Of a DNA stretch of 64,000 bases, positions 60,139-64,000 are shown piece by piece (within the stretch, counting starts at the first letter, position 1; each line of letters opens with the position of its first letter). The position numbers and the translations under genes were made by a program. The notes beneath the pieces were generated by a model. It had not been told where the DNA came from, did no database searches, and was given only the letters and a program-made list of their open reading frames with translations. Where the stretch lies: assembly GCA_963755715.1 (NCBI GenBank), contig CAVWLW010000032.1, forward strand, positions 22,564-86,563, in the 5' to 3' direction. This stretch comes from an uncultured delta proteobacterium (GTDB taxonomy: Bacteria; Desulfobacterota; Binatia; UBA9968).

Positions 60139-61674
60139 ATGATGCGTTCGGATTCACCTGCAATCAAACGAAGAACGTTTTTGAAGCAAGGCGCCTTAGC
60201 CGGCCTGGGCGTTCTCGCGCCTACGGCATGGCCGCAGCTCAGTTGGTCCGCGTCCAAAGAGCGGCTGATGATTCTGAGCAGCATCGGTTTAGACACGCTT
60301 CATCCCTACGCGCACAGTTCCGGTCCGCAGTATGGCATCTGGCAACACATGATCGAGCCGCTGGTCGAGATCAACTACGCGCGCAAAGATTATTACGGCG
60401 TGCTCGCCGAGTCTTGGAAATTCCAGGGGAACACATGGGTGTTTCGCCTGAGAAAAGGGATTCGTTTCCACGATGGCTCGCCGTTTACCGCCCAAGATGT
60501 GATCCATTCGGTCAATCGCATTAGAAATGATAAGCGCAGCCTGCAGAAATCAAATTTCGACGACCTGACCGAAGTCCAAGCGCCGGACGATTATACCGTG
60601 GTGTTCACGACTGCAGTGCCGAACGCGGTTATGCTCGACCGGTTGCAAAACCGCTTTATTCTCAGCAAGAGCGCGGCGGAGAAATACGGCGACGACGTCG
60701 ATCAACACGCGATCGGGACCGGGCCGTATAAGTTCGTGAGTTGGCAGCGCGACGGTAATCTCGTCATGACGCGCAACGATGATTACTGGGGACCGAAGGC
60801 CGCCATCAAAGAAGTCGTGCTGAAAAAGGTCGGCGAGGATGCGGCTAGAATGTCCGGCTTGCTCGCAGGACAGTGCGACGTGGTCAACAATGTTCCGGTG
60901 GAGGAGATCGCCCGCTTGGACAAGCATCCGCGGGTGCGTGCGGAAAAAATCGAAGGGCTGAGAATGTATTTCTTGGCGATGAACGTCACGCACAAGCCGT
61001 TCGACAACAAGCTCGTGCGCCAGGCGTTTAACTACGCGGTCGACCCAACGGTGGTGATCAAGCATATCTATGAAGGCCAGGGTTATGTGATGAGCGGGCC
61101 GCTTGGCGCCAACGTGATCGGCTTCGATCCCAAAATTAAGCGCTATGCCTACGATCCGAAGAGGGCCAAGGAATTGTTGGCACAAGCCGGCTTCGCCAAT
61201 GGCTTGGAGGTCAAGCTGTACTTTTCTCCGGACCGCTATCCCAAGGCGAAAGAAGTCTGCCAGGTCATCGCCGATCAGCTTGCCAAGGCGGGGGTAAAGG
61301 TCGAGCTCGTCTCTCAAGAATTTGCCATCTTCTGGGGTTCGGACGGAGTCAACGGCGGCAAGATTCCCTTTTACTATGTCGGCCGTCCAGCCATCGATGC
61401 GGATACGGTTTACGACCAATATTACCGTTCGGGCAGAACCAAGCGGGTCAGCTTTCAAAATGCCGAGGTCGATCGGCTGATCGATGAACAGCACAAGACC
61501 GAAGATCAAAAAAAGCGCGTTGCGCTATTGCAACAAATCGGTCGTATTCTGATGGACGAGGCGGCACTGGTGCCCTTGTACACGCTCGCGGAGATCTACG
61601 GTGTGGCGCGCAATGTGATCTGGAAAGCGCATCCGGAAGAAAAGGTTCTCGCCTTTGATATGAAAATTCGCTAG
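60139..61674 (+). CDS. Family-5 substrate-binding protein, paralog 3
   Basis: Paralog of 58545..60077. Confidence 0.85.
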   Translation: MMRSDSPAIKRRTFLKQGALAGLGVLAPTAWPQLSWSASKERLMILSSIGLDTLHPYAHSSGPQYGIWQHMIEPLVEINYARKDYYGVLAESWKFQGNTWVFRLRKGIRFHDGSPFTAQDVIHSVNRIRNDKRSLQKSNFDDLTEVQAPDDYTVVFTTAVPNAVMLDRLQNRFILSKSAAEKYGDDVDQHAIGTGPYKFVSWQRDGNLVMTRNDDYWGPKAAIKEVVLKKVGEDAARMSGLLAGQCDVVNNVPVEEIARLDKHPRVRAEKIEGLRMYFLAMNVTHKPFDNKLVRQAFNYAVDPTVVIKHIYEGQGYVMSGPLGANVIGFDPKIKRYAYDPKRAKELLAQAGFANGLEVKLYFSPDRYPKAKEVCQVIADQLAKAGVKVELVSQEFAIFWGSDGVNGGKIPFYYVGRPAIDADTVYDQYYRSGRTKRVSFQNAEVDRLIDEQHKTEDQKKRVALLQQIGRILMDEAALVPLYTLAEIYGVARNVIWKAHPEEKVLAFDMKIR

Positions 61675-61709
61675 CGGAAACGACACAGATAAAGTTCACG
61701 CCAGGTCGA

Positions 61710-63255
61710 TTGGAGAATCGAATGAGTTCACTGAACCCGAGCATCAAGCGCAGAGATTTTCTCAAACAAGGAGCCCTCGCCGGCTTCGGCGCGCTACTTG
61801 GCAATTCCATCGTCAGGGCGAGTTACGCCGCGTCGCGAGAACGGCTGACGTTCCTGGCCGCGGTCGGACTGGACACGCTTCATCCCTACGCGATCAGCGC
61901 GAGCCCGCATTATGGCATCTGGGAGCATATGATCGAGCCGCTGATCGAGATCAACTACGCTAAAAAAGAATATTACGGCGTGCTCGCCGAGTCATGGGAA
62001 TTCCAGGACAAGAAGTGGGTGTTCAAATTGCGTAAGAACGTGCGCTTTCACGACGGTAGCCCGTTCACATCGAAGGACGTGATTCACTCCGTCAACCGAA
62101 TTAAGACCGATAAGCAAAGCTTGCAGGCGGAAAATTTTCGCGACTTGACCGAGATGCAGGCGCCGGACGATTACACTGTGATTTTTACGACCGAAGTGCC
62201 GAATGCGGTTTTTCTCGATCGCTTGTACAACCGCTACATGGTCAGCAAAGCCGCGGCGGACAAGTACGGTGATCAAGTCGACCAGCACCCGATCGGCACG
62301 GGTCCCTATAAATTCGTCAGTTGGCAGCGCGGCGCCAATCTAGTGCTCACCCGCAACGAGGACTATTGGAACGGCAAAATGGCGATCAAAGAGATCGTTA
62401 TAAAAACCGTCAAGGAAGACTCCGGGCGGGTCTCGGGTCTGATGGCGGGCCAAGGCGACGTGATTAACAACGTGCCGGTCGAAGAGCTTTCGCGCTTCGA
62501 CAAACATCCGAGGATCCGATCCGGAAAAAGTCGAAGGACTGCGCATGCACTTTCTCGCGATGAACGTCACGCACAAGCCGTTCGACAATAAGCTGGTGCG
62601 CCAGGCCTTCAACTATGCGGTCGATCCGGCGCAAATCATCAAATACATCTATGAAGGCAACGGCTATGTCATGAACGGGCCGATGAGCGCCAACGTGATC
62701 GGCTTCGATCCCAAGATCAAACGCTATCCCTACGATCCGAAAAAAGCCAAAGAGCTGTTAGCGAAGGCGGGATTCAATGACGGCTTGGAGGTGAAGCTCT
62801 ACTTTTCACCCGACCGCTATCCGAAAGCGCGCGAAGTCTGCCAAGTGGTCGCCGATCAATTGGCCAAGGCCGGAGTGAAAACCGAATTGATCGCGCAAGA
62901 GTTCGTTATTTTTTGGGGTAAAGAAGGCGTCAACGGCGGCAAGACGCCTTTTTATTATGTCGGGCGGCCCGCCATCGACGCCGACACGGTTTACGATCAA
63001 TACTACCGCTCCGGGGTGAGCCCGCGCATTCAGTACAAGAATCCGGAGTTCGACAAGTTAATCGACGAAGAACAGAAAACCGGCGATCCCAAAAAGCGCA
63101 TCGCGATTTTGCAACAGGCTGGACGGATCTTGATGGAAGATGTGCCGTTTGTGCCGTTATATACCTTGGCGGAAAATTATGGCGTGGCGCGCAACGTGAT
63201 TTGGAAGCCGCGGCCCGATGAAAAAGTTTTGGCTGCGGAGATGAAAATTAAATAA
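61710..63255 (+). CDS. Family-5 substrate-binding protein, paralog 4 (frameshift at about 62520)
   Basis: Two overlapping frames collinear with paralog 3. Confidence 0.75.
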
Positions 63256-63532
63256 CATTGGCTCAATATTGCGTGCCGCAATACTTGCTGCCGCTCGGCA
63301 CTCACCGCCGGCGGTTGATGTTGCAGAACGAGTTTGTTTTCGCTTCGGACAATTTTGCACGGCGATCATAGGGTCGACGGGAAACCAGCAGAATCCGCTG
63401 TCGGAATTTCTTGGCATAGTCGTTGCTCTAGCGTCATTTCATGCCGACGAATGCTACTGGCGTAGCCGATGGAGCGGCGGCGAAAATGCGCTACTCCTCA
63501 ACCCTACGATGCATCGGTCAATCCCTCGAAGC

Positions 63533-63983
63533 GATGGAACTGAAGTCGCTGGAGATAAAAACGCACGGCGATGATTTCATTGTCCAAGTGTGGAACCGCG
63601 GCCCGTCGATGGCCATGGATCTGGAAAAGCATTATTCGCCGCAAGATTTACGTAATCTCGACGCCGAAGGACGCGAAAAGCGCAAACCGTTCGCCGGACC
63701 GCCGAATCTTTTGAGCTTATCGCAGGTCTTGCGACTTGCCGGGAACTACGTCGATCGTATGCGCGGGCGGCTTCTCAGGGTTTCTTGGCAGGATCAATCA
63801 GACAAGATTCAATCGATCACCGTGCAATGGGAGCCTGTCATACCGGTTATGGGAGCGAGTGAATCCCAACCGACGAGCATCGAAGAGTTGTGCATCCATA
63901 TCTACAAGCAGCGCAAAAAAATCCCGTTTAGCTCGGAGCGTCAGGCACACCGACCGTTTGTGAGCGTCGCCCGTAACAGATGA
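63533..63983 (+). CDS. Hypothetical protein
   Basis: MELKSLEIKTHGDDFIVQVWNRGP… No family recognised. Confidence 0.3.
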
Positions 63984-64000
63984 TCGGTGCGGCAGCTTTA

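Noticed and set aside
60550-61509. 319-aa minus-strand ORF
   Set aside because: Antisense to a family-5 SBP gene with clear homology on the plus strand.

Overview
This is a high-GC (about 60-65%) bacterial chromosomal segment, apparently from an environmental or metagenome-derived genome, and mostly metabolic. It opens with an oxidative pentose-phosphate cluster: a tal-pgi fusion, a deleted gnd remnant, zwf, glk and a multiply frameshifted pgl. Next is a convergent pair of thioredoxin-fold genes that each carry an in-frame TGA exactly at the redox-motif cysteine position. One is an iodothyronine-deiodinase-like protein with the motif FGSxT-U-PPF, and the other is a secreted Prx/AhpC-like protein with W-U-PF-C. 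I read both as selenoproteins, and each has a hairpin downstream of the TGA. After these comes a small lipid or polyketide-type set (SDR, epimerase-family, KAS, SAM-MTase, FAD reductase) and a long two-domain ThyX. The last ~140 bp of thyX is present three times, at 14871-15010, 16361-16500 and a degenerate copy at 23262-23340. The copies bracket two accessory segments. Segment 1 is about 1.35 kb and holds an ArsR regulator flanked by identical palindromic operators plus an orphan AbrB-type antitoxin. Segment 2 is about 6.8 kb and holds a decayed type II-short CBASS-like operon on the minus strand: a patatin phospholipase, a CD-NTase-like nucleotidyltransferase ending in Ala-Gly, and a stand-alone E2/UBC-like enzyme fused to a SEC-C zinc finger. 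It also holds a low-GC XRE/ImmA module, a 2-hydroxyacid dehydrogenase, an orphan antidote-type HTH protein and a class II aldolase. No integrase is visible. The rest is catabolic and transport genes with marked paralog expansion: four NMT1-like SBPs, four family-5 SBPs around one DppBC-type permease pair with no ATPase, three Tat-signal dienelactone hydrolases and two tandem E1 alpha/beta pairs. Also present are an amidohydrolase, a TPP enzyme, an LLM oxidoreductase, a Zn-ADH, a D-aminoacylase, aat and others. Many genes carry frameshifts, so either pseudogene decay or systematic indel errors must be considered. Short structured palindromic repeat elements occur in three intergenic regions.
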